Source of the DNA: Mustelus asterias
Lineage: Eukaryota
Direction of reading: 5' to 3'
Assembly (NCBI RefSeq): GCF_964213995.1
Contig: NC_135806.1
Coordinates: 139,686,001 to 139,750,000, forward strand
DNA: 64,000 bases
Numbering within the stretch: the first letter of the stretch is position 1; each line of letters begins with the position of its first letter. Below, one piece after another: positions 51,935 through 63,112 of this stretch. The position numbers and the translations under genes were made by a program. A model generated the notes under the pieces. The model searched no databases. It saw only the letters and a program-made list of their open reading frames with translations, and was not told the origin of the DNA.

Positions 51935-52700
51935 AGTATTGCATTTTGGAAGGTCTAATACAGATAGGAAATATACAGTAAATGGCAGAACCCTTAAGAG
52001 TATTGATAGGCAAAGGGATCTGGGTGTACAGGTACACAGGTCACTGAAAGTGGCAACGCAGGTGGAGAAGGTAGTCAAGAAGGCATACGGCATGCTTGCC
52101 TTCATCAGCCGGGGCATTGAGATTAAAAATTGGCAGGTCATGCTCCAGCTGTATAGAACCTTAGTTAGGCCGCACTTGGAATATAGTGTTCAATTCTGGT
52201 CGCCACACTACCAAAAGGGTATGGAGGCTTTGGAGAGGGTACAGAAAAGATTTACCAGGATGTTGCCTGGTATGGAGGGCATTAGCTATGAGGAGAGGTC
52301 GGAGAAACTTGGTTTGTTATCACTGGAACGACGGAAGTTGAGGGGCGACCTGATAGAAGTCTACAAGATTATGAGAGGCATGGACAGAGTGGATAGTCAG
52401 AAGCTTTTTCCCAGGGTGGAAGAGTCAATTACTCGGGGGCACAGGTTTAAGGAGATGTACGAGGCAGATTTTTTACACAGAGAGTAGTGGGTGCCTGGAA
52501 CTCATTGCCGGGGGAGGTAGTGGAAGCGGATATGGTGGTGACTTTTAAGGGCGTCTTGACAAATACATGAATAGGATGGGAATAGAGGGATATGGTCCCC
52601 GGAAGGGTAGGGGGTTTTAGTTAAGTCGGGCAGCATGGTCGGTGCAGGCTTGGAGGGCCGAAGGGGCTGTTCCTGTGCTGTAATTTTCTTTGTTCTTTGC
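51935..52700 (+). mobile_element. CR1 LINE 3' fragment, same subfamily as 19215-20773
   Basis: HFGRSNTDRKYTVNGRTLKSIDRQRDLG shared; same tail. Confidence 0.92.
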
Positions 52701-53127
52701 ATTGGGGTCATGTGGACTTTGTACGATTGTATAAAATAGCCAATCAGCAGCTGCTTTATATCTTTCCCCGTTGTTATTTCAATTCCAGCCAATAGCAGAG
52801 ATTTTAATCAGGCTGTTGATTCACAATCACCCTGTCCCACCAAGACTGTAACATCACCAGTGTGATGTAGAACTGTGTCCAATGGCTGATTAACAGGAAG
52901 AATTTTGCTCTCAGAACCCAGCATAGAGTTTTAGAGGATTACAGCACATAATTACGACTGGTCCATGCCGACCATGGTGCCCTCCCAACTAGTCCCAATT
53001 GCTCGGGTTTGGCCCATAAGATCTCACAGTGAGTGATCATTAAAGCAAGTCCAGCTTACACTGCAGTTTGAGATTCAGCGCAGGGTGAGTGGGGACAGGT
53101 TTATATTGAGATTATACATTAGGCTTC

Positions 53128-53161
53128 TCAGCTTCCTGCGTTGGGTCTGTCTTGCTCCTTT
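53128..53161 (-). CDS. Candidate terminal exon (short cytoplasmic tail) of Siglec-15-like receptor
   Basis: tttgtgtttccag acceptor; read in phase 2 gives (R)KEQDRPNAGS*; no homology support; an alternative acceptor near 54625 would also give a short tail. Confidence 0.55.
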
Positions 53162-53460
53162 CTGGAAACACAAATAAAATCTATTAAAATAAGCCAAATT
53201 AACAGTAAAATAAGAGCATTTTCAGCACCTCCAGATATAACCAGCACATGTTTAAGTAGGATTCCCCACACATTTTAAAACAGATCTAATTACCAATGTG
53301 TGTGTGAAATACTGAAAGTATGTGGCTGATTGTCCCTGTTTCTGAGGACAAGTTATGCCTTTAAGTTAACAATGATGTGGATTTGCCAGCGTTGGACTGG
53401 GGTGAACACAGTAAGTAGTCTCACAACACCAGGTTAAAGTCCAACAGGTTTATTTGGTAG

Positions 53461-53495
53461 CACGAGCTTTCGGAGCGCTGCTCCTTCATCAGGTG
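53461..53495 (-). ncRNA. Minimal hammerhead ribozyme motif
   Basis: cac CUGAUGA a ggagc agc gcucc GAAA g c U C gug: intact core, 5-bp stem II, palindromic stem III, 3-bp stem I. Confidence 0.65.
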
Positions 53496-53621
53496 AGTGA
53501 AGAGTTCGGTTCACAAACAGGGCATATATAAACACAAACCCAATTCCATCGCATTCCAACCATTATCTTGTAATTGAGATTGTGTCTATATATGCCCTGT
53601 TCGTGAACCGAACTCTTCATT

Positions 53622-53656
53622 CACCTGATGAAGGGGCAACGCTCCGAAAGCTCATG
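53622..53656 (+). ncRNA. Minimal hammerhead ribozyme motif with stem I mismatch
   Basis: cac CUGAUGA a ggggc aac gcucc GAAA gc U C aug. Confidence 0.5.
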
Positions 53657-54376
53657 CTTCCAAATAAACCTGTTGGACTTTAAGTTAACAAAACATCCCA
53701 AGATGTTTCACATCAGTGTAATCTGTGCAACACAACACTGAGGCACATAAGGAGATACCGGGACAGGTGACCAAAACACTGGGATTATCTAAAGGGACAC
53801 AACCAATCAAATCCACATTCCTGCTGTTCCCAGCTGCGGGATCTTCCGTTCTCTGCCACCGTTCCCCGGCGACGGAGGGTGTGAACAATGGGAAACCCCG
53901 TTGATGGTGATGGGACTGGAAGATCTCCCGGCCTATGACGGGTCGCCTCCAACACTGTAATACATGCCGAGGGGTTGGGAGGGTGCGGGGAGGGAAATCC
54001 CGTCCATTATCAACAAAACTAAGGGTAATGTATCAATTAAATCATCATTTCTTTTGTATACAGTGCATTTTCTCTTCTTTAGCCACTCAGGATGACACTC
54101 TCAGTATCAAACAAAGTAAAACCAATTGAATTAAAGTGGATTAATCTTTATTGAAGGATACAAACATCCACCAAATTATAAATAAAGAAAGGAGACTTAT
54201 CAAACTGAGTCAGAATATTAGTACTGTGTCTCTGCTCTAGACATCAGTTACATGCAATATAAATTCGAGTGTCGGGTGAGTATAAAGCCCTCCAGTGATA
54301 TGTTTTGCTCACTGAGCAGAAACTGAAATGGACCAGCCAGATAAATACTTTGGTCACAATAGCAGATTGAAGATTA

Positions 54377-54505
54377 GGGGCAGGATTTACCGGCCGCACT
54401 CGCCCCATTGCTGGAAAATCCCGCCCGAGGTCAATGGATCTTTGCCTGGTCAGTGTCCCTCCTGCTACGATTCCCGTGGAGGGCGGGATGGGAAAATTCC
54501 ACCCC
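54377..54505. mobile_element. Short MITE-like element
   Basis: Imperfect terminal inverted repeats ggggcaggattt / aaattccacccc; no clear target-site duplication. Confidence 0.4.
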
Positions 54506-55487
54506 AGGAATTTCTTTTTGAAATTTCAAGGGATGGCGAAGACAGCATTTTTATGGCCCATCACTAATTGCCCTCGAGAAGGTAGTTGCGGACAAGCTTT
54601 GGAGAGTCAGGAGCTGGGTAAATCTCTGCAGAAAGAACTCACCCCCCCAACTCAGTATTTCACAGTAACTTCATTGCAGTGTTAACGTAAGCCCTACTTG
54701 TGACTAATAAATAAATTTTAATTTTAACTCCTCTAAGCCAGTCAACCATCTACAAATCACAAGACAGGAGTGTGATGGACAACTCTCCACTTGCCTGGAT
54801 GAGTGCAGCACTCAAGAAGTCTGAGATTATCTAGGATGAAGCGGCCAGCTTGACTGGTGCCCCATGCATCACCTTCAATTTTCACTGCCTTCACCACCAG
54901 CACAATATGGCAGCAGTGTACACCATGTACAAAATGCACTGCAGCAACGGGCCAAAGCTCCTTCGACAGACCATCCCAAATTTAAAACCTATACTATAAG
55001 AACATGGGCAGCAGACTGATGGAGCATCACCTGCGAATTTCTCTCCAAACTACACACCATTCAGGGTCAAAAACAAATCTCCCTAACAGCAGTGTACAAA
55101 TTACACTAGACCCCAGTGAATAGAGGTGGTCTGGGGGTTTTAAACAGGTCTCCAATACCTCAGCAGGTTCAGGCTGTGAGGAGCCGAATCATACAGACCA
55201 TGAAGGGATCCGTTTCAGTCCTCGATCTGGACTGTTTTAGACAATCCTAACTGGGCTGCAGTAGGGACTCTCCATTGGTCTAACTGCTACAGGAGTTGGG
55301 GATGAAATATTGCTCTGGGTTCCTGCTCCTGTTGGTATCCAGTGACCTCTGCTGGACATGTACTGTGTGACTCAATCAGAATGACCCAAATGTTTGAATC
55401 ACCTGCCAAGGCACACGGACCACAGTTCACCCATGAATCGAGCTTTAGGCATTTAAAGGCAAGAATCTTCCAGTGAAAATCCCATAC

Positions 55488-55587
55488 CTGGTTCTGTCCC
55501 TGTATAAAACGATCCACATCACGAGAAGGGGAAGGAGTTTCACTCCAAGTGGAATGCACAGTATCACGATGGGGAAAGTCTCTGCAG
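55488..55587 (-). CDS. Transmembrane exon with intramembrane Lys, Siglec-15-like receptor
   Basis: ttctgttcag|...|gtatgg; (A)AETFPIVILCIPLGVKLLPLLVMWIVLYRDRT; 100 bp, phase 1-2; LGVKLL resembles the Siglec-15 TM LGFKAL. Confidence 0.82.
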
Positions 55588-57127
55588 CTGAACAGAAAGT
55601 GAAAGAGATCAGATCAGAGACAAGAAAAGCTGAGAGACCAACAACGTAGAGACAATAATCCAAGTCTGTAAACAATTGTGGAACTCGATTGCAGATTAGA
55701 AATATTAAGTTAATGGAGCTGAACTTGGCAAAGAGCATGGACTGTGGATGAAAAACAACAAATAGACAGTATCAATAATCATAGAATCCCTACAGTGCAG
55801 AAGAGGGCTATTCGGCCCATTGAGTTTGCACCGAGTCTCTTAACCAGGCCCTCTCCCCCACCGATTGGTGGGGGAAGGGAAGGGGGCCCACTGCCACTTT
55901 GCAGCTATGATCAGTGGGGGAACACAATCTGTCTGGGTGGTGGGGACGATATTTTTGGGCATTGTGGGGCTCACGATCAGTCGCGGACCACCACAATAAT
56001 GTCGGGAGAGGCTGGGTTGAGGCTAGCTGCAACGGCAGAGGCCTGACAGCTTTCCCTTTGTCTATTGCAAACCCGCAATAGTTCCCTCTGCTGCTAGAGC
56101 AAGCTGGCTGGTGAATTAATCCCCACCCACTGCCTCTAGTAGCTAGAAACAGTCTAACCTATTTTTCACGCACTAAGTGCATAAGATTAGGAGTAATGTT
56201 CACCCAAAAATCGGATCTGTAACTCTCCCATTTTAATGCTAGCTGGCCACTTAGAATTTTTCTCCTAAAATTCCACCCATAGTCAAAGCGAGATTGGTTG
56301 ACTCACAGTGGTGACTGACATCTGGGTGGGGTGCTGAAAAATCCTTGGGCTCTGTCTTGGTCAAATTTGCCATATAGGGTGCAGTGTGCTGTGTCTGACC
56401 ACAGTTCGCCTGTTAATTCACATATACCTGATATTAACCCTGAATGTTAGAGAATAAGATGGGCGTTATAAATGTTATTTTTTCTTTCTGACATAGTTGA
56501 GGTTAAAAGCCTGCTTGTTACCAGCCTGCTGGTGTTTATCTGTCGGTGTGTATACGTGTGCTATGAGAAAAAGCAGCTGGAGGGTTTCCACACAAAACAT
56601 GTCTGATACAGTAACTGAGACAGGAAAATAGCCTTCTGCACCAATATCTTGAAACTCTCTCTCTGACTGTGGAAGTTAATCAGCCAGAAGGATTGCAGCT
56701 GGAAAAAGAATTGAAATCTCCCTACCAACCCACAGAACATCTGAATTGAAGAGTCAACTACATGCCTGCAGAGGCCAACAATACTGGAATCAATCCATAA
56801 CGTCCGCAATGCTCATCTGTTCCTTGCATGTCAAGGACTATTCTGTATAACGTTTTATTTATATTTCCTTACTATTGGACACAAATCTTACTTCTAATTT
56901 GTATGAATGCAGATGCATGTGTTTTACCATTTCTCCTGACTATTTTAATAGTTAATTTTAACTCAAGAAAGCCTGGTTAATTTGGCTCAATTTTAAACAT
57001 AGTTATTGGGTCTAGAAAAGGTTTCCAAGGGAAAGGAAACATTGTTTGATTAAACCTTTGTTGCTGCCAGCACAGGGTGAATTGAATAAAAACACTGTCA
57101 GTCACCCCTTGCCACAGGTTTGTAACA

Positions 57128-59020
57128 GAGAACCATGGATGACCAGAGACATTCAGGATACAATTCGAAGGAAAAGAGAGGCTTTTAACAAATATAAGGG
57201 GAGTAAGTCTGCAGAGGCATTAGTGGAGTACAGAAGTGCAGGATGGAGCGTAAGAAATCAAGTAGGAGAGCAAAGAGGGGATATGAGAAAGCTCTAGCTG
57301 ATAAAAGCAGGAAAAATTCTAATATATTCTGTAAGTATATCAATGGGAAGAGGATAACCAGGGAAAGAATAGGACCCATTAAGGATCAAGGGGGAAATCT
57401 GTGGGTGGAGGCAGAGGACATTGGTTGGGTGTTAAATGAATATTTCATAACAGTCTTCACCCATGAGAATGAGGAGGCAGTTATGGAACTCGGGGAGAGA
57501 GACTGTGAGGCTCTAGAGAAAATTATCATAGGGAGTGGCAAGGTATTGGAGGGCTTAAAAGTGGAGAAATCTTCAGGTCCGGATGAATTGTGTCCCAAGC
57601 TGTTGTGGGAGGCAAGGAAGGAAATTGCAGGGGCTCTGACCCAAATTTTTAATTCCTCCCTGGCCACTGGTGAGGTGCCAGAGGACTGGAGAACAGCTAA
57701 TATTTAAGAAAGGTTGTAGAGACAAGCCTGGGAACTACAGACTAGTGACCCTCACGTCTGTGGTTGGGAAACTACTGGAGAAGATTCTAAAGGAGAGGAT
57801 CTATTTCCATTTGGAGAGGCAAGGTTTGATCAGGAATAGTCAGCATGGTTTTATCAGAGGGAAGCCATGCCTAACAAATTTGATTGAAATTTTTGAGCAT
57901 GTAACCAAGTGTGTGGATGAGGGGAGTGCGGTTGATGTAATTTACATGGATTTCAGCGAAGCCTTTGACAAAGTTCAACATGGGAGACTTATTAAAATGC
58001 ACATGGGATACAGGGTGATCTGACAAGGTGGATACACAATTGGCTTAGCAGTAGGAGACAGAGGGTGATGACAGACGACTGCTTTAGTGACTGGAGGCCA
58101 ATGACCAGTGGCGTACCACAGGGATCCGTGCTGGGCCCCCTATTGTTCGTCATTTATATAAATGACATAGATGACTATGTGAGGGTTAGGATCTGTAAGT
58201 TTGCCGATGACACAAAGATTGGCCAGGTGGTTTACAGTGAGGTTGAGTGTCTTGGGTTACAGGAAGATATAGACAAGATGGTCAAATGGGCGGATAAGTG
58301 GCAGATGGAATTTAACCCTGAAAAGTGGGAGGTGATGCACTTTGGAAGGAGTAATTTGACAAGAATTATGCTATGAAAGGTCTGACACTGGGAGGTTCCG
58401 AAGAACAAAGGGGCCTCTCCCAACTCCCCCTCTCCCCCCATAGATCTCTGAAGGTGGAAAGGCAGGTTAATAGGGTGGCGAAAAAGGCAAATGACACACT
58501 CACCTTTATCAATCGGGGTATAGATTACAAAAGCAGAGAGGTCGTGGTGGAGTTGTATAGAACTTTGGTGAGGCCACAGCTGGAGCACTGGGTGCAGTTC
58601 TGGTCGCCACATTATAGGAAGGATGTGATCGCACTGGAGGGGACGTAGAGGAGATTCACCAGGATGCTGCCTGGGATGGAACATTTTAGTTATAAAGAGA
58701 AGTTGGATAGGCTTGGGTTGTTTTCGTTGGAGCAGAGAAGACTAAGGGGCAACCTGATCAAGGTGTACAAGATTATGAGGGGCATGGACAGGGTGGATAG
58801 GGAGCAGCTGTTCCCCTTAGTTGAAGGGTCAGTTACGAGAGGGACACAAGTTAAAAGTGAAGGCTAGGAGGTTTGAGGAATAACATTTTTACCCAGAGGG
58901 TGGTTACAGTCTGGAATGCGCTGCCTGGGAGGGTGGTGGAGGCGAGATGTCTCACCTGGATGAGTACTTAACACACCATAACATTCAAGGCTGTAGACCA
59001 AGTGCTGGCAAGTGGGATTA
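57128..59020 (+). mobile_element. 5'-truncated degenerate CR1 LINE
   Basis: PWMT, PGNYRLV, QGSVLGP and FADD motifs with multiple frameshifts; lies in the V-TM intron of the receptor gene. Confidence 0.92.
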
Positions 59021-59562
59021 GAGTTTTTTTTATCTCAGAGGGTCCTGAGTCTATAGAATTCTCTTCAGAGAGTGATGGAGGGTGAGTCATTGCATATTTT
59101 TCAAGTTAGCACCACAAGGGCCAAAATCAGATGACCCTCAATCATATTGAATGATAGAGCAGGTTCAAGGGGATGGATGGCTGACTCCTGCTTCTAATTT
59201 GTATGTATTATATTGGCCACAATGTCAGCGATAACTCCCATTCTCTTCCTCAAGATAGTGCTTCCTCAAGATAGAATCTGCTACATGCATCTCAGAAGAT
59301 AGCAAGGGCCTCCATTTAATAACACTTCTGAATGATGCCAACTCCAACAGTGCAGCACTCCCTCAGTAGTAGACTGGAATGTCAGTCTTACCTCCTACTC
59401 TCTGTTTGCGCCCAAATCTCTGCAGTGGGATTGAACCCATGGCTTTCTGATTCAGAGTGCGAGCGTTACCAATTGATGCACAGCAGCTGACAACTTGTCA
59501 TTACCAGCCGCCATTACTGTTACACTCTCTATTCACTGGAGAATGCAGCAATGATTTCTTAC

Positions 59563-59910
59563 CACGTGTGACCTGCAGACGTGTCTCATTCAGGATCAGA
59601 TGATGAGAATTGGACGATGTGTACTCCACCAGACACAGGTAAGTGTAATCGTCATTCACACTCAACTGGTTTATCCTAATTGAGGCATTTCCCTCATTTA
59701 GATTCCCAATGAACTCGTATCGATTTCCACCATTTACAGTTGTCCATGATCCATCTGATTGGACTCTAAATGTGACCACGTGTTGGTAGGGCTCCTTCCT
59801 CATCCAGCTAACAGTGGTCATGGAGTAGTTGCTGTGGGGTGTGAACATACAGGGCAATGTAACCGAAGCTCCCTCAGTCCCATTCACCACGAGGTCATTT
59901 CCACTCGCAT
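59563..59910 (-). CDS. Ig V-set exon of Siglec-15-like receptor
   Basis: ctttcctcag|...|gtaaga; 348 bp, phase 1-1; VTLPCMF, SWMRKEPY, RYEFIGN, ASIRI, DDYTYLCLVEY and RLQVT parallel Siglec-15 VLPCTF, IWRAGEPY, RFRLLGN, LSLRV, DDRRYFCRVEF and RLHVT. Confidence 0.9.
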
Positions 59911-60275
59911 CTGAGGAAAGGACAAACAACAGAATGATCAATGTCTGGATGATGTCCTGATTCCATTAGAGGTTGTTAACATTTCAAATAAGATCCCAAT
60001 ACCTTGTTTTAACCAATCAAACTACGCCACAAGATTTAGCGAATAACTTAACAATATGGTTTATAACTAGAGACATTATGCACTCAGGTTTACTTCATAC
60101 TTTCCCCAAGAATTCTCTTATAAGACACATCAATCTTGGAGTCATTAATTTCTGTGGGGACCATCCAAAAGGATGCCACATTCCTCCAAAAAGTTCTCTT
60201 CAGCTCCAGCTATTCTTAGAGGCAAATCTTTCTCTTACCCTTTTCTTAATTGTGGAGATCTCAGCCCCTAAGGCA

Positions 60276-60585
60276 TGACGGTGGCACAGTGGTTAGCACT
60301 ACTGCCTCACTGCACCAGGAAACTGGGTTTGATTCCCGGTTCGGGTCACTGTCTGTGCGGAGTCTGCACGTTCTCCCCGTGTCTGCGTGGGTTTCCTCCG
60401 GGTGCTCCGGTTTCCTTCCACAGTCCGAAAGACATGCTGGTCAGGGTGAATTGGCCGTGCTAAAATTCTCCCTCAGCGCACCCGAACAGGCACCGGTGTG
60501 TGGCGACTAGGGGATTTTCACAGTAACTTCATTGCAGTGTTAATGTAAGCCTTACTTGTGACCTCAATAAATAAACTTTAAAAAC
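60276..60585 (+). mobile_element. SINE type B
   Basis: Head, core and tail. Confidence 0.85.
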
Positions 60586-61429
60586 TTGTTGTGTTACTTC
60601 TCCAACATTCCCAAGCTAATTTGCTGGTTACTTTCTTTTGCAATAAGAGACTGAGAACAACAGTAGATTCTCCCACAAACTCCAAACTCGCAGCTCCTCA
60701 TCAGATTCAAACTGAGAATAAGTCACACGTGCTTTCCAAGTGATCAATAATGAAGTTAATGGTTGGGATTCTCCCAGCCGCTGCGCTGCTTGAGCAGCGC
60801 AGCAGGCCGGGAAACACCAGCGGCAGCCATTTCGTGGGATTCACGCTGGGCCCGCGGGCCTCTGCGCGTTGCCCAGGCTACGTTTTTTAGCGTCATCAGC
60901 TCCATGCCAGAAATCGCTCCGGAGCAGATTAGCATATTGAAATCTGAATTTCAATATGATTAGCGAGCCCAGGACAGTATTCTCCGGACTCGCTAGCATC
61001 TGCCCCGCCACCGGGAGTGGTTCCTTCCAGTGGTGTTTACAACTGCTTCCCACTAACAGGGAACAGGCGCCCGACTCCACTGGATAGAACAGAGACCATT
61101 GAGGCCCCCCAGGGAGGTCGGGGTAAGGTGGGGTGCCCCTTGGGCAGCTTGACACTCTGGCACTGCCCAAGGAACAAACTCGCACTGCCCACTGGGCAAC
61201 TGGCAGTGCCAAGGAGGCAGGATCAGAAGGGGCAGGGCATTCTGGGGGGAGGGGAGAGCCGCTCGCTGCTAGTCTGCAAGAGAATCGGTGGGGGAGGGAG
61301 GAAGTGAGGGCTATCGGGGTTGACCATTGGGCTGGAGGGGAGGGGGAGGGGGAGGGGGAGGGGCTACCACACTAGCATGTGGCATAGGGAGTAATCCAGA
61401 GGTGAGGGGAGAGGAGGAGGGGAGTGTGG

Positions 61430-62099
61430 GGATGTGTCCCCTCCCCTCCCCCTCTCTCTCCTCCCCCTCCCTCCTTCCCCGTGCCTTCTCTCTCCCCTCC
61501 CCCTCTCCCCCACCCCTTCCCCTCCCTCTCTCCCCCACCCCTTCCCCTCCCTCTCTCCCCCACCCCTTCCCCTCCCTCTCTCCCCCAACCCTTCCCCTCC
61601 CTCTCTCCCCCACCCCTTCCCCTCCCTCTCTCCCCCACCCCTTCCCCTCCCTCTCCCCCACCCCTCCCCCTCCCTCTCTCCCCCACCCCTCCCCCTCCCT
61701 CTCTCCCCCACCCTCTCTCCCCCACCCCTCCCCCTCCCTCTCTCCCCCACCCCTCCCCCTCCCTCTCTCCCCCACCTCTCCCCCTCCCTCTCCCCCCTCC
61801 CTCTCCCCCCCACCCCTCCCCCTCCCTCTCCCCCCCACCCCTCCCCCTCCCTCTCCCCCCCACCCCTCCCCCTCCCTCTCCCCCCCACCCCTCCCCCTCC
61901 CTCTCTCCCCCACCCCTCCCCCTCCCTCTCTCCCCCACCCCTCCCCCTCCCTGCTCTAACCCTGCTCTAACCCTCCCCCCTGCTCTCCCCCTCCCCTTCC
62001 CCTCGCTCCCTCCCACTCTCCCCTCCCTGCTCTCCCCATTCCCCTCTTCCCCTCCCTGCACTAACCCTCCGTGCTTTGGCCCCTCCCCCTGCTCCCCCC
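61430..62099 (+). repeat. Polypyrimidine/polypurine minisatellite, unit about 25 bp
   Basis: ccccacccctccccctccctctct-like units running into the gap. Confidence 0.9.
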
Positions 62100-62299
62100 N
62101 NNNNNNNNNNNNNNNNNNNNNNNNNNNNNNNNNNNNNNNNNNNNNNNNNNNNNNNNNNNNNNNNNNNNNNNNNNNNNNNNNNNNNNNNNNNNNNNNNNNN
62201 NNNNNNNNNNNNNNNNNNNNNNNNNNNNNNNNNNNNNNNNNNNNNNNNNNNNNNNNNNNNNNNNNNNNNNNNNNNNNNNNNNNNNNNNNNNNNNNNNNN
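62100..62299. other. Assembly gap (200 N)
   Basis: Run of N. Confidence 1.
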
Positions 62300-62844
62300 C
62301 ACAACATCCGCTACTGTCATTGACCAATCATTCAGAGAATGTTCTGTGGAGAGAGAGAGAGAGAGAGAATATTAAACCAGCGCAGGGACAGACATCAGTG
62401 TTTCAATATCAAACTGCCAGTCTCAGCGGTGAGGTGGATTCTTCCAACACACCACGGGGGAAAGGTTACAATAGTTTATTCATGATTCGTATCGGGATTG
62501 CCCCAGAGATTGCCCCACCTTCCTCTGATACAGCTCTAACACAGCATGCTAATCACAGGGAGAACATTCTAATGCAACTCTCTGCTCCAAGTCACAGATA
62601 CAAATTGCTTATACAATTAGTCAGTACAACGAACATTTTTTGTTTTAAAATTTCAATCTTGCTTACAAAGGTGTATTATTAACCCTTCACCCAAAAGCGT
62701 GTCCGCAGTTTTCTAACTGGTAAATGTCTGTTTCTCCTAACCAGTTTCTCCTCACCTTGCTGACAAGTTCTGCTGGTATCAGTTAGGACCTTGAGGTATA
62801 AGCATTTGTCTAACATGTGATTTTACTCTAAATGTTTACTCTAA

Positions 62845-63112
62845 ATAGCTGTTCTGTCTGGAGACAATACACATCTCTTTAACCTGTGTTGAATGCTCCC
62901 ACCACCCACATTGTCTGTACATTTAAGACCTGGCTGGCTGTAGAGATTTGCATTCTAATCAGTATTCTGTAATTTGATTTCTGTCTCTGTATGCCCTGTT
63001 TGAGAACAGATATCCACTCCATCTGACGAAGGAGCTGTGCTCCGAAAGCTTATGGTATTTGCTACCAAATAAACCTGTTGGACTTTAACCTGGTGTTGTG
63101 AGACTTCTTACT
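62845..63112 (+). mobile_element. Penelope-like 3' terminal fragment
   Basis: Shares the atgccctgtt...ctga.gaaggagc...gctccgaaagct...aaataaacctgttggactttaa tail with 53375-53683. Confidence 0.7.
63019..63055 (+). ncRNA. Minimal hammerhead ribozyme motif
   Basis: ccau CUGACGA a ggagc ugu gcucc GAAA g c U U augg: intact core, 4-bp stem I, AAGCUU palindrome. Confidence 0.65.

Larger units (their letters stand above)
53375..53683. mobile_element. Penelope-like terminal repeat, inverted pair
   Basis: 53434 to about 53545 is the reverse complement of about 53571-53683; tail ccaaataaacctgttggactttaacctggtgttgtgagact also occurs at 22230-22277 and 63065-63112. Confidence 0.75.

Noticed and set aside
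31000-53000. Search for tcf23 (the human SLC5A6 neighbour) or other coding exons between the two genes
   Set aside because: No bHLH or other recognisable non-transposon coding motif was found by eye; small exons could have been missed.
56464-57127. Possible solo LTR (cgttata...tgtaaca with AATAAA near the end)
   Set aside because: The 5' terminus is not TG, and there is no target-site duplication and no second copy in the window; cannot be supported without a repeat library.
59911-59941. Apparent signal peptide MIILLFVLSS on the ORF-track V-domain ORF
   Set aside because: Starts at TTG and is the translated polypyrimidine tract of the acceptor; a better ATG leader exon exists at 63713-63773.
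61311-62323. Long Pro-rich and Gly/Glu/Arg-rich ORFs
   Set aside because: Translations of a low-complexity repeat and an N gap.
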